Below are positions 37,618 to 45,368 of a stretch of 64,000 nt of DNA, piece after piece (position 1 is the stretch's first letter; each line of letters opens with the position of its first letter). The position numbers and the translations under genes were made by a program. The notes under the pieces were generated by a model. The model was not told the DNA's origin and did no database searches. It worked only from the letters and a program-made list of their open reading frames with translations. The stretch is from Betaproteobacteria bacterium (GTDB lineage: Bacteria > Pseudomonadota > Gammaproteobacteria > Burkholderiales > Burkholderiaceae_C): assembly GCA_043739385.1 (NCBI GenBank), contig JAYUED010000008.1, positions 893-64,892 of the forward strand. The letters are read 5' to 3'.

Positions 37618-38958
37618 ATGAAGAGAAGAACATTGATCCAATCCGCCGGGGGCAGTGCCATTGGGCTTATCAGTGTTGGCCTGCCCTTGGTGGGTATGGC
37701 ACAAGACCGCTTCGCCAAGTACAAAGGCCAAACCGTGGTGATGAGCATCCCAGCTTATGCGCACTACGACGCGATGCTTAAGCTGTTGCCAGAGTTCACC
37801 ATGCAAACCGGAATCAAAGTCGAATTTGACAAGCTGTCCATTCCGCATATGAAGGTCAAGCAGCTGCTGGAGATGGCCAAGCCCCAGGGCGAATACGACT
37901 TAGCGTGTTACGTGGTGACGTGGAAGAGCGAATACGTCAAAAAGAATCTGATCCGCGAGTTGGAGCCGTTCTTTAAAAACCCGGCACTGGTCGACCCGGA
38001 TTACGACTTCAAAGACGTGGTGCCCCGCTACGTCGAAAACATTGGCTTGGTGGGTGGGCCCAAAGGCTACCTTGCAGGCCCCGGTGCTAGGCTTTACGGG
38101 ATGCCCTACGGCGCAGAAACCTCTGTTCTGGCTTACCGCCGCGATGTATTTTCCAAGCTCAACTTGAAAGCGCCGGAGCTGTACACCGATCTGGAAAAAC
38201 TTTTGCCTGTGCTGAAAGAAAAATCTGGCATTGGCGCTATGACCTCGCGTGGCCAAGCCGGTCACCAGTGCGTTCACGCGTGGTTACTGCACTTGAACCC
38301 ATTGGGCGGCAAGGTATTTGACGACAAGTGGAAGCCTGTTTTCAACAACGACATCGGCGTAAAAGCGCTCAAAATCTTGAAGCTTATTTCGGACACTGGC
38401 CCAGCCGGTATATCCGGCTTCACCCAGGGCGACATGATGAACTCGTTCCTTCAAGGTCAATCAGCTATGTACCTGGATTCGACCTTGGTTTTTGGGCAGG
38501 TCAACGACCCGGTCAAATCGAAAATTGCTGGTCTGGTCAGCTATGTGATTCATCCCAAAGGCAGCCGCTACGCATCGCAATCGGGCGGGCTCGGTTTGGC
38601 GATTCCCAAGAATGCCAAGAACCCCGATGCAGCGTTTTTGCTGATGCAATGGCTGACCAGCAAAACGCAGGACAAAGCCGTCTGCCGTGCCGGTGGCGTG
38701 CCCACCCGAAACTCCACAATAAAGGACGCCGATATGGTTCGCCTCTACCCTGAGTTCATAACTCTGCGCCAGCAGCTGGAATACGCTAACCCCGATTGGC
38801 GTCCGATCATTGCCGAGTGGGACGAAATCAACATTAATGTCCTGGGTGTGGCGGTGTCGGAAGCCTTGACCGGCAAAAAGACCCCTGAGGAAGCGCTGAA
38901 CGGCATAGTGCCCAAGGTGACGGAAATCATGCAGCGAGGCGGCTACTACAAGACCTGA
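37618..38958 (+). CDS. ABC-transporter extracellular solute-binding protein (family 1, sugar-type), orphan
   Basis: MKRRTLIQSAGGSAIGLISVG Tat-like signal, with RBS gaaggag 6 nt upstream. No permease or ATPase genes are adjacent. Confidence 0.85.
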   Translation: MKRRTLIQSAGGSAIGLISVGLPLVGMAQDRFAKYKGQTVVMSIPAYAHYDAMLKLLPEFTMQTGIKVEFDKLSIPHMKVKQLLEMAKPQGEYDLACYVVTWKSEYVKKNLIRELEPFFKNPALVDPDYDFKDVVPRYVENIGLVGGPKGYLAGPGARLYGMPYGAETSVLAYRRDVFSKLNLKAPELYTDLEKLLPVLKEKSGIGAMTSRGQAGHQCVHAWLLHLNPLGGKVFDDKWKPVFNNDIGVKALKILKLISDTGPAGISGFTQGDMMNSFLQGQSAMYLDSTLVFGQVNDPVKSKIAGLVSYVIHPKGSRYASQSGGLGLAIPKNAKNPDAAFLLMQWLTSKTQDKAVCRAGGVPTRNSTIKDADMVRLYPEFITLRQQLEYANPDWRPIIAEWDEININVLGVAVSEALTGKKTPEEALNGIVPKVTEIMQRGGYYKT

Positions 38959-39015
38959 AGCCACCATAGCGTTGTTTAATCCAGCGCGGTAATGTTTACG
39001 GCATTATTTCATTCA

Positions 39016-39080
39016 CTATAAAAATAGTAGCTTCATACGAAGCATAGATATGGGAATGACGCTCATTTTATCGAATTTTT
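39016..39080 (+). repeat. Dispersed AT-rich intergenic repeat, copy A
   Basis: ctataaaaatagtagcttcatacgaagcatagatatgggaatgacgctcattttatcgaattttt. Aligns by eye with copies B-F. Confidence 0.45.
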
Positions 39081-39219
39081 CATTCGAACGCCCTCTTGAG
39101 TTCCTCTGGTCTACTTGGATCCTGCTGCTGTAGGCCTTGCAACTTGGCTTTTACGGCGGGAGCATGGGCATGCCCTGGAGTGACGTCAAATGGGTGGGGT
39201 AGCGATGAGGCCGCGCTAC

Positions 39220-39828
39220 TCAACGGCTGTCTAGCCCTTCAAGCGCAAACACCGGCAGATCGGCCCGCCGACTCAGCCAGATACCACCGCCCAGTTCGGT
39301 GAAGCCGTTGGACAAACCCTTTCGGTACAACTGCGCGGGGTGCTGGAACAGCCTGGGGTCGGTCAGTGTTTCGTCTACCAGATCTTTCTCCCAGTCCTCG
39401 CGTGCGATGGCTTCGACGTACAAAGCACCGGTGCACAGGCGTGCGAGATTGCGCATGGCTAACTTGGCGTCCTCGGCGCTCAGGTAGGGTAATACCCCCT
39501 GACAAATGACCAAGTCAAACGGTGCCTTCGTGGGGTAGTTGACCACCGAACCGCGCTCCCAGCCGAAGCGCTCGCACAGGTATTCGCTGTACTCCACGCC
39601 GTGAAAGCTCGCTTGCGGGTAGTGCCGGGCGATCAGGTCGCGCCACAGGCCTATGCCGCATCCCACGTCCAGCACACGCCGCACCGGCACGCGCAGGTAC
39701 TTCAGGTAGCTGCACACAAAGGTACCCAGCCGATCGACGTGCCCTGGATCGGCAACACTGGTTTTTTTGTCGAAATAGAAGCGCTGGTAATACGCCTCGT
39801 CGAACACATCCTTACTTGCAGATGTCAT
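39220..39828 (-). CDS. Class I SAM-dependent methyltransferase
   Basis: VLDVGCGIGLW motif I and DLVICQGVLPYL. Confidence 0.8.
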   Translation of the reverse strand: MTSASKDVFDEAYYQRFYFDKKTSVADPGHVDRLGTFVCSYLKYLRVPVRRVLDVGCGIGLWRDLIARHYPQASFHGVEYSEYLCERFGWERGSVVNYPTKAPFDLVICQGVLPYLSAEDAKLAMRNLARLCTGALYVEAIAREDWEKDLVDETLTDPRLFQHPAQLYRKGLSNGFTELGGGIWLSRRADLPVFALEGLDSR

Positions 39829-39879
39829 TTAACGTGTCTGAGCTTGTAACGGGCGATGCACACACAACCATAGCTCACC

Positions 39880-40260
39880 CTAGGGGGCAGGCCGGTGCAG
39901 CGCGCAAATCTTGTTACCGTCAGGGTCACGCAGATACGCCAAGTAGAGCTTGCCTGTTGGGCCTTCGCGAAACCCCGGTGGATCTTCGCAAGTAGTGCCA
40001 CCGTTGGCAGCACCTGCTGCATGGAATGCGTCACCTTGCGCTGGGGATGTCACGGTAAACCCGAGGGTGCTGCCATTGCCGTGCGAAGCGGGTTCGCCAT
40101 TGATGGGGGTGGAGATTCCGAAAGTCCCCGTCGGGCTGCGGTAGAAATACCGGTTCTTGTTGGCTAGCCCTGGAGCGATACCCAGCGTGCCGAGCAACGC
40201 ATCGTAAAACCTCCTGGAAACCTCAAGATCGCTGACACCGAGTATGACGTGACTGAACAT
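39880..40260 (-). CDS. VOC/glyoxalase-family protein
   Basis: MFSHVILGVSDLEVSRRFYDALLGTLG..., 126 aa. Confidence 0.8.
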   Translation of the reverse strand: MFSHVILGVSDLEVSRRFYDALLGTLGIAPGLANKNRYFYRSPTGTFGISTPINGEPASHGNGSTLGFTVTSPAQGDAFHAAGAANGGTTCEDPPGFREGPTGKLYLAYLRDPDGNKICALHRPAP

Positions 40261-40512
40261 AGTTTTCTCCGTTGATGCCCGTTGATGGGCGATTTATGGG
40301 TGAGCCAATTTGGGGCCAGTTAGTTGCCGAAATAGGAACGCTAGAATGGTACGCGAAGCCCTTGCGGCATCTCGAAAAAAGGGTTTCCGCCCGGGAAATA
40401 CGGCTCAAAAAATGATGTGTATTTTTTGAAATACATATCCAACCTGGGCTGTAGCCCAAGTGAAATAAGCACAAATAGCTATTAAATTGCAAGCAAGCTT
40501 TTCCAGCATGGC

Positions 40513-41097
40513 TCAACTTGGCTTCGGCACAAAGCCAATTACCAGCCCATCGCTGGTCACCGTAATGCTGCCTAGCTGCAACCCCAAGCCATCGGGCAGC
40601 ACGAGGTCTTGCGCTTGCATGCGGTGCACCACCACCTCCAGCAGCGTACGCTCGGCCAGGACGGGGCCATAGGCATTAAGCAACGCCATGGCGCCAGGCG
40701 GTAGGGTGGGGAACTGCAGGCGTTTAAAGCGCACCTGGTGCGCACGCACTGTTCGGTCCGTGGCCTCGTATCGCAGCGCAAACTCTACGTCCAGCGTGCC
40801 CTGGTGGCTGTGATGCAGCGCGGGGCCTGCGGCGTCTACCACCGCCTCGGCGCCGAGGCGGTTTTGCGCGGGCAGCAGGCGCAACTGCGGCACCTGCACA
40901 TCCAGATTCAGTAGCCCTGGCACCGGGTAGCGCAGCGGAAAGCGCTGCGCTACGGCCCGCTGCAACTGAGCAGCCGATACCTTGTAATGTGGCTGCGCTT
41001 GGGGCTGGTCTTCAGGCTCTGGTGCGGAAGATTGTGCCCAGGCCAGACGCGCCATAGGCAGGCACAGGGTGATGGGGAAGAAGAGGCGGCGGCGCAT
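40513..41097 (-). CDS. Secreted protein, DUF1439 (YceB-like) candidate
   Basis: Signal MRRRLFFPITLCLPMARLAWA. The size and the pattern ...SAAQLQRAVAQRFPLRY...LRYEATDRTV... are suggestive. ATG at 41097, with an RBS upstream. Confidence 0.45.
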   Translation of the reverse strand: MRRRLFFPITLCLPMARLAWAQSSAPEPEDQPQAQPHYKVSAAQLQRAVAQRFPLRYPVPGLLNLDVQVPQLRLLPAQNRLGAEAVVDAAGPALHHSHQGTLDVEFALRYEATDRTVRAHQVRFKRLQFPTLPPGAMALLNAYGPVLAERTLLEVVVHRMQAQDLVLPDGLGLQLGSITVTSDGLVIGFVPKPS

Positions 41098-41131
41098 GAG
41101 GGAGGTCCTTGGATGGCGGTATTTTCCCCGT

Positions 41132-41740
41132 TCATGCGCCCAGTTCAATGATCGCCGCCAGCGTCACATCCTCAGGTGCTTCGTAGTCTGCGACTACCCA
41201 GGCACGTTTTTGGTGCTGCGATCCCTCTCTAAGCAGTGCCAGTACAAACCTGATTGACGGTTTGTCCAGCGCCGAAAACGGTTCGTCCAGCAGGGTCACG
41301 GTGGCCCCTGACGCAAATGCTGCCGCCAGCCAGACTTTGCGCTTAGAGCCGGTGGAGAGCATGTACAACGGCTTTTCCAAATGGGGCGTCAGCCCCAGGC
41401 CTTCCGCCAGTTCGGTGGCACGCTGTGCGTCAAACTGGGGATAACGGCGGGGCAGGGACTGAAAGTAGTCTGCGGATGAGGTCTGTTCCCATGCCTGAGA
41501 GCGCGGGTCAGCCCAAAAAACCTGCTGTTGGTAGGTGCTCAATGAGGTTTTCAAGGGTACGCCGTTGAGTTGAAAATCGCCCGACTGCGCGGGCAATTCG
41601 CCTGCAAATAAGCGCAGCAGTGTGGTTTTGCCACAGGCCTCGTCGCCGCTCACCAGCGTGATGCCGGGTGGTATGCGCAGGGAGAGGTGTGAGAACAGTT
41701 CTCGCTGAGGGGTGCTGAAGCACAGGTGCTCGACTTGCAA
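41132..41740 (-). CDS. Stand-alone ABC-type ATPase domain protein
   Basis: Walker A GDEACGKTTL, signature LSTGSKRKV and Walker B TLLDEP. No membrane partner is adjacent. Confidence 0.75.
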   Translation of the reverse strand: MQVEHLCFSTPQRELFSHLSLRIPPGITLVSGDEACGKTTLLRLFAGELPAQSGDFQLNGVPLKTSLSTYQQQVFWADPRSQAWEQTSSADYFQSLPRRYPQFDAQRATELAEGLGLTPHLEKPLYMLSTGSKRKVWLAAAFASGATVTLLDEPFSALDKPSIRFVLALLREGSQHQKRAWVVADYEAPEDVTLAAIIELGA

Positions 41741-41795
41741 GAGGGTAGGTGAGAGCGCTTCGATGGTGTGATCCTTTGTGGATTGCTCAAGGCGG

Positions 41796-41822
41796 AGTCA
41801 GTTCAAATTTTTTGAACTGACT
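41796..41822. promoter_or_regulatory. Perfect 12-bp inverted repeat (candidate operator) in a divergent promoter region
   Basis: agtcagttcaaa-ttt-tttgaactgact, between the ABC ATPase (minus strand) and cytochrome b561 (plus strand). Confidence 0.45.
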
Positions 41823-41870
41823 GGACAAATAAAGTGAACTTCTCTGGCAATCGTTTCACTAAACTGCCAA

Positions 41871-41894
41871 TTGAAATAACTGTTGAAATAACTG
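41871..41894. repeat. Perfect 12-nt tandem direct repeat (ttgaaataactg x2)
   Basis: Read directly, 34 nt upstream of the cytochrome b561 ATG at 41928. Confidence 0.9.
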
Positions 41895-41927
41895 TTTTTC
41901 ATGCACTGTCGCACAAGCCCAAACTCT

Positions 41928-42500
41928 ATGTCATCACCTACAACTTCATTCAATAGCCCAGCTCGATATTCCAGTGTGGCCATCGTCTTGCATTGGGTGT
42001 TGGCGTTAGGTCTGATCGGTATGTTGGTGGTGGGTACCTACATGGCGGATTTGCCGTTTTCACCTGCCAGGCTCAAACTGTACAACTGGCACAAATGGGC
42101 TGGCATAACGATTTTGACGCTGTCTGTGCTGCGTTTGCTGTGGCGCGTCACGCACAAGCCGCCACCGTTACCTGTTGCCATCACAAATGCTGTGCCTGTG
42201 TGGCAGCATTGGGCACATCATGGCACCCACATTGCTTTATATGCTCTGTTTTTTACAGTTCCCTTGATTGGCTGGGCGTACAGCTCCGCGGCAGGTTTTC
42301 CAATTGTGGTTTTTGGCGTGTTGCCTTTGCCGGACTTGCTGGCTGTAGACAAAGATTTGGCTGTCCTCATCAAACCGTTTCACCGTGTTGCGGCTTGGGC
42401 GCTGGCGGGATTGATCGTCTTGCATGTGGCGGCCGCCCTGAAACACCAGCTTATAGACCGCGATGGCTTGGTTAACCGTATGCTGTTTCGCAAACCTTGA
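41928..42500 (+). CDS. cybB: Cytochrome b561 family protein
   Basis: YSSVAIVLHWVLA...YNWHKWAGITIL...HIALYALFFTVPLIGW...HVAAALKH (4 TM segments, His ligands). Confidence 0.88.
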   Translation: MSSPTTSFNSPARYSSVAIVLHWVLALGLIGMLVVGTYMADLPFSPARLKLYNWHKWAGITILTLSVLRLLWRVTHKPPPLPVAITNAVPVWQHWAHHGTHIALYALFFTVPLIGWAYSSAAGFPIVVFGVLPLPDLLAVDKDLAVLIKPFHRVAAWALAGLIVLHVAAALKHQLIDRDGLVNRMLFRKP

Positions 42501-42517
42501 TTTAACGAAAGAAATTG

Positions 42518-43084
42518 ATGAAATTGTTGATGAAACTGTCTGCTATGGCCCTACTTTCTGTGGGTACGATCAGCGCCTATGCCCAACAAAAACTGGTGCC
42601 CGCTCAAAGCGAAATTATCTTTGTCAGCAAACAAATGGGCGTACCGGTGGAAGGGCGTTTCAAGAAATTTGATGCACAAATCAGCTTTGACGGCGCCAAG
42701 CTGGATGCCAGCAAAGTCAACTTCACAGTAGATATCGCCAGCGCCACTTTGGGTGTGCCCGAGTCCGATGCCGAGCTTCCCAAGGCGACTTGGTTCAACA
42801 CCGCTAAATTCCCACAAGCGACCTTCGTGTCCAGCAGTTTCAAAGCGCTCGGCGGCGGCAAGTACGACGTGGCTGGCAAACTCAGCATCAAAGGCCAAGT
42901 GCGTGACGTGGTGGTGCCCGTGGCCATGGTGCAAGCTGGTGCTGTAACGACCGCCACTGGCGTGCTGTCGATGAAGCGCCTGGCGTTCAAAATTGGCGAA
43001 GGTGAATGGGCTGATACGTCGATGGTGGCTGACGACGTGCAAGTCAAATTCAAATTCGCCTTGAGTGGCGTTGGCAAGCTGTAA
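42518..43084 (+). CDS. yceI: YceI-family periplasmic protein
   Basis: Signal peptide, then SEIIFVSKQMGVPVEGRFKKF...ATFVSS...GKLSIKG. Confidence 0.88.
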   Translation: MKLLMKLSAMALLSVGTISAYAQQKLVPAQSEIIFVSKQMGVPVEGRFKKFDAQISFDGAKLDASKVNFTVDIASATLGVPESDAELPKATWFNTAKFPQATFVSSSFKALGGGKYDVAGKLSIKGQVRDVVVPVAMVQAGAVTTATGVLSMKRLAFKIGEGEWADTSMVADDVQVKFKFALSGVGKL

Positions 43085-43180
43085 GCCTACTTGCTTCCCA
43101 TTCTCGGCTCCCAACTCGCTATTTCCTGTTATTTCGTTTTCCCCTGTCCTGCAACTACCAAAAAACTCCTGAAAGAAATC

Positions 43181-43759
43181 ATGCGCAAAACCTTGCTCGC
43201 TCTCGCTGCTGTAGCCACCCTGTCCGCAGGCGTCGCTCAAGCCCAATCCGCAACCTATGCGATCGACCCGACCCACACTTTTGTCACGTTCGAGATCGAT
43301 CACATGGGCGCTTCCACTAACCGGGGCCGTTTTGACAAGAAAGAAGGCACGGTTCAGCTGGACAAAGCGGGCAAGTCCGGTAAGGTTGAATTGACTATTG
43401 ACGCGACATCGCTGTCCACTGGCACGGCTGCGTTTGACAAGCACCTGCAAAGTGCCGATTTCTTCAATGTGGCCCAATTCCCCACGCTGAAGTTTGTGGG
43501 CGATAAGTTCAGCTTTAACGGTGACAAAGTGTCTGAAGTGGCCGGTACGCTGACGCTCTTAGGCAAAACCATGCCCGTCACGCTCAAGGCTAACAAGTTC
43601 AATTGCTACGAAAACGCCCGTATCAAGCGCGAAGTTTGCGGTGGTGACTTCGAGACCACCATCCAGCGCAGCCAATGGGGCATGACCTGGGGTGCTAACT
43701 ATGGCTTCTCGGATTCCGTGAAACTCGTTGTTCAAGTCGAAGCCATCAAACAACAGTAA
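43181..43759 (+). CDS. yceI: YceI-family periplasmic protein (second copy)
   Basis: MRKTLLALAAVATLSAGVAQA signal, then YAIDPTHTFVTFEIDHMGASTNRGRF...GTLTLLGKT. Confidence 0.88.
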   Translation: MRKTLLALAAVATLSAGVAQAQSATYAIDPTHTFVTFEIDHMGASTNRGRFDKKEGTVQLDKAGKSGKVELTIDATSLSTGTAAFDKHLQSADFFNVAQFPTLKFVGDKFSFNGDKVSEVAGTLTLLGKTMPVTLKANKFNCYENARIKREVCGGDFETTIQRSQWGMTWGANYGFSDSVKLVVQVEAIKQQ

Positions 43760-43770
43760 TTCCGATTACT

Positions 43771-43794
43771 GCGATTACTGCGGTAATCGCTTTG
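43771..43794 (+). terminator. Hairpin terminator after the yceI pair
   Basis: gcgattac-tgcg-gtaatcgc followed by ttt. A second 8-bp hairpin (agccctga...tcagggct) overlaps the creA stop. Confidence 0.5.
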
Positions 43795-43821
43795 CTCTCA
43801 GCCCTGAAGCTGCTCTGGCAC

Positions 43822-44310
43822 TCAGGGCTTGACCGGGATCACCGTGCCCGCAGGCATCGCGACGGCGGTGACGCTGTTTTGCGGTGAGCCTTCAATCACC
43901 CGGTCAGAGTAGGTCAGGTAGACCAGCGTATTGCGCTTACTGTCCACCATGCGCACCACCCGCAGTCTTTTGAAGACCAAAGAGATGCGTTCGCTGAACA
44001 TCTCTTCTTGTTTGTCCAGCGGCTTCTCACCAAAGTGGATGGGCCCGGTCTGACGGCAGGCAATCGACGCTTCTGCCTTGTCTTCTGCCAAACCCAAAGC
44101 CCCCTTCAGTCCGCCCGTCTTGGCGCGCGACACATAGCACGTCACCCCGCCCACCTTGGGGTCGTCATAGGCTTCCACCACGATTTTGTGGTCAGGGCCG
44201 ATGAGTTTGAATGCCGTATCGACAGCACCAATTTCTTCGCTGCTGGCCAAGCCGCAGGCGCACACCATTAACGTGGGGATAAAGGCGAGGAGCAGAGTAA
44301 GTTTTTTCAT
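43822..44310 (-). CDS. creA: CreA-family protein
   Basis: Lipoprotein-like signal, then [29 protein letters not shown]...LVYLTYSDR. Confidence 0.85.
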   Translation of the reverse strand: MKKLTLLLAFIPTLMVCACGLASSEEIGAVDTAFKLIGPDHKIVVEAYDDPKVGGVTCYVSRAKTGGLKGALGLAEDKAEASIACRQTGPIHFGEKPLDKQEEMFSERISLVFKRLRVVRMVDSKRNTLVYLTYSDRVIEGSPQNSVTAVAMPAGTVIPVKP

Positions 44311-44358
44311 GGGGTACCTGAAGGGTCAGTTGACGACGTTAAATAATGACATTAAATG

Positions 44359-44423
44359 CTATGAAAAAAATAGCTTATGACGCTTATTTATATTGAGCTT
44401 CAAGACGATTTGATTCAATTTTT
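44359..44423 (+). repeat. Dispersed AT-rich intergenic repeat, copy B
   Basis: ctatgaaaaaaatagcttatgacgcttatttatattgagcttcaagacgatttgattcaattttt. Shares GCTAT, ATAGC, ATTGAG and TTTGATTCAA with copy D. Confidence 0.5.
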
Positions 44424-45201
44424 AAAACCGCGTACCTACCGAGAAGCGCCACATGTTTTGCGGTGTGAAGTTGACTTTGGGATCGTAGGCTAGCCGCGCA
44501 AAATAACGGGGCCAATCGTAGGTGACAGCAAGGCCGGTTCGGGCGATGGGCGTACCTGCTACCAGGCCTTTTTTGTACAACCCGTCCAACGTCAGTCGCT
44601 GGCCCTCGGACAACGGCGTGCGGTAGACCAGATGTACATGCTGCTCGTCCGGGTTTTGCCGGTTGTCGCGCACCACTTGCAAGGCCAAAGAGCGTGCACT
44701 GTTCCAGCGGTAGCCGCCAGAGAGCATCCAGGCGTCGTTGGGGTCGAAATTCAGGTTCACATAATTGCGCAAATTGGTGCGTCCCAAGCCCACACCGGCA
44801 AACCAGGTGTCGCCTGTTTCTAGGCCAAGGCTGCCGCCCCAAAATCCGCCCGATGCCGCTTGCAGCGAGGGACTGATGCGCACCCCGCCTAAAACGTCCA
44901 GGGTATAGGTGCTGTCCCAGCCGCCACGGGTTTGCGATAGCGCCAAGTCGGGTGAGCGGAATACGCCCAGCCACAGGTCGCCGATGGCGCCGGTGTAACG
45001 CAAATTCACGTCCAAACCTTTGGCCACTGGAGCGCCGCCGCCTGACAGCTGGTAAAGACCTGTAGTGAGTTTGAAGGGCGTTGGCTTAGGAGCGTCTACG
45101 GCATGCGCTTCGTCCGATTGCCCGCATGCGGCGCTTGCAAAGCAAGTAATAGCACTGGCGATAGCCCAGTTACAACGACGTTGGAAAGCGGTTATTTTCA
45201 T
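44422..45201 (-). CDS. Putative outer-membrane beta-barrel protein
   Basis: Signal peptide with AACG, alternating beta-strand pattern, and a C-terminal ...WRFSVGTRF. Confidence 0.6.
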   Translation of the reverse strand: MKITAFQRRCNWAIASAITCFASAACGQSDEAHAVDAPKPTPFKLTTGLYQLSGGGAPVAKGLDVNLRYTGAIGDLWLGVFRSPDLALSQTRGGWDSTYTLDVLGGVRISPSLQAASGGFWGGSLGLETGDTWFAGVGLGRTNLRNYVNLNFDPNDAWMLSGGYRWNSARSLALQVVRDNRQNPDEQHVHLVYRTPLSEGQRLTLDGLYKKGLVAGTPIARTGLAVTYDWPRYFARLAYDPKVNFTPQNMWRFSVGTRF

Positions 45202-45368
45202 GCAAATGACTATAAGCGAACGAACGGCTACCTCGCCCTAACCTCGGTGTGTGCGCCGTCAAACAACAGACGGGATAATGTGCTTTAGTTCGTGAACGCT
45301 AGTCCCTACATGTTGATGCGCCTTATCTTCACTGTCCCCATCTTTCTTGTGCCAATTAGAGCTCTGCC

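Noticed and set aside
36473-41800. A genomic island or defence island downstream of the IS relic.
   Set aside because: It has no integrase, flanking tRNA or direct repeats, and no nuclease, helicase, methylase-restriction or toxin-antitoxin-like gene pairs. The contents are ordinary small metabolic and envelope genes.
41798-41983. A 61-aa minus-strand ORF in the ABC/cybB divergent region.
   Set aside because: It spans the palindrome and the tandem repeat, and has no RBS and no sensible composition.
42551-43477. A 308-aa minus-strand ORF spanning both yceI genes. Similar long antisense or alternate-frame ORFs occur at 6038-6700, 11547-12242, 13093-13728, 26577-27344, 29719-30342, 32171-32848, 47016-47735, 50385-51137, 57861-58475 and 61752-62366.
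   Set aside because: Each fully overlaps a gene with strong family motifs on the other strand or frame. Their translations are low-complexity Arg/Ala/Gly/His-rich with no recognisable domains.
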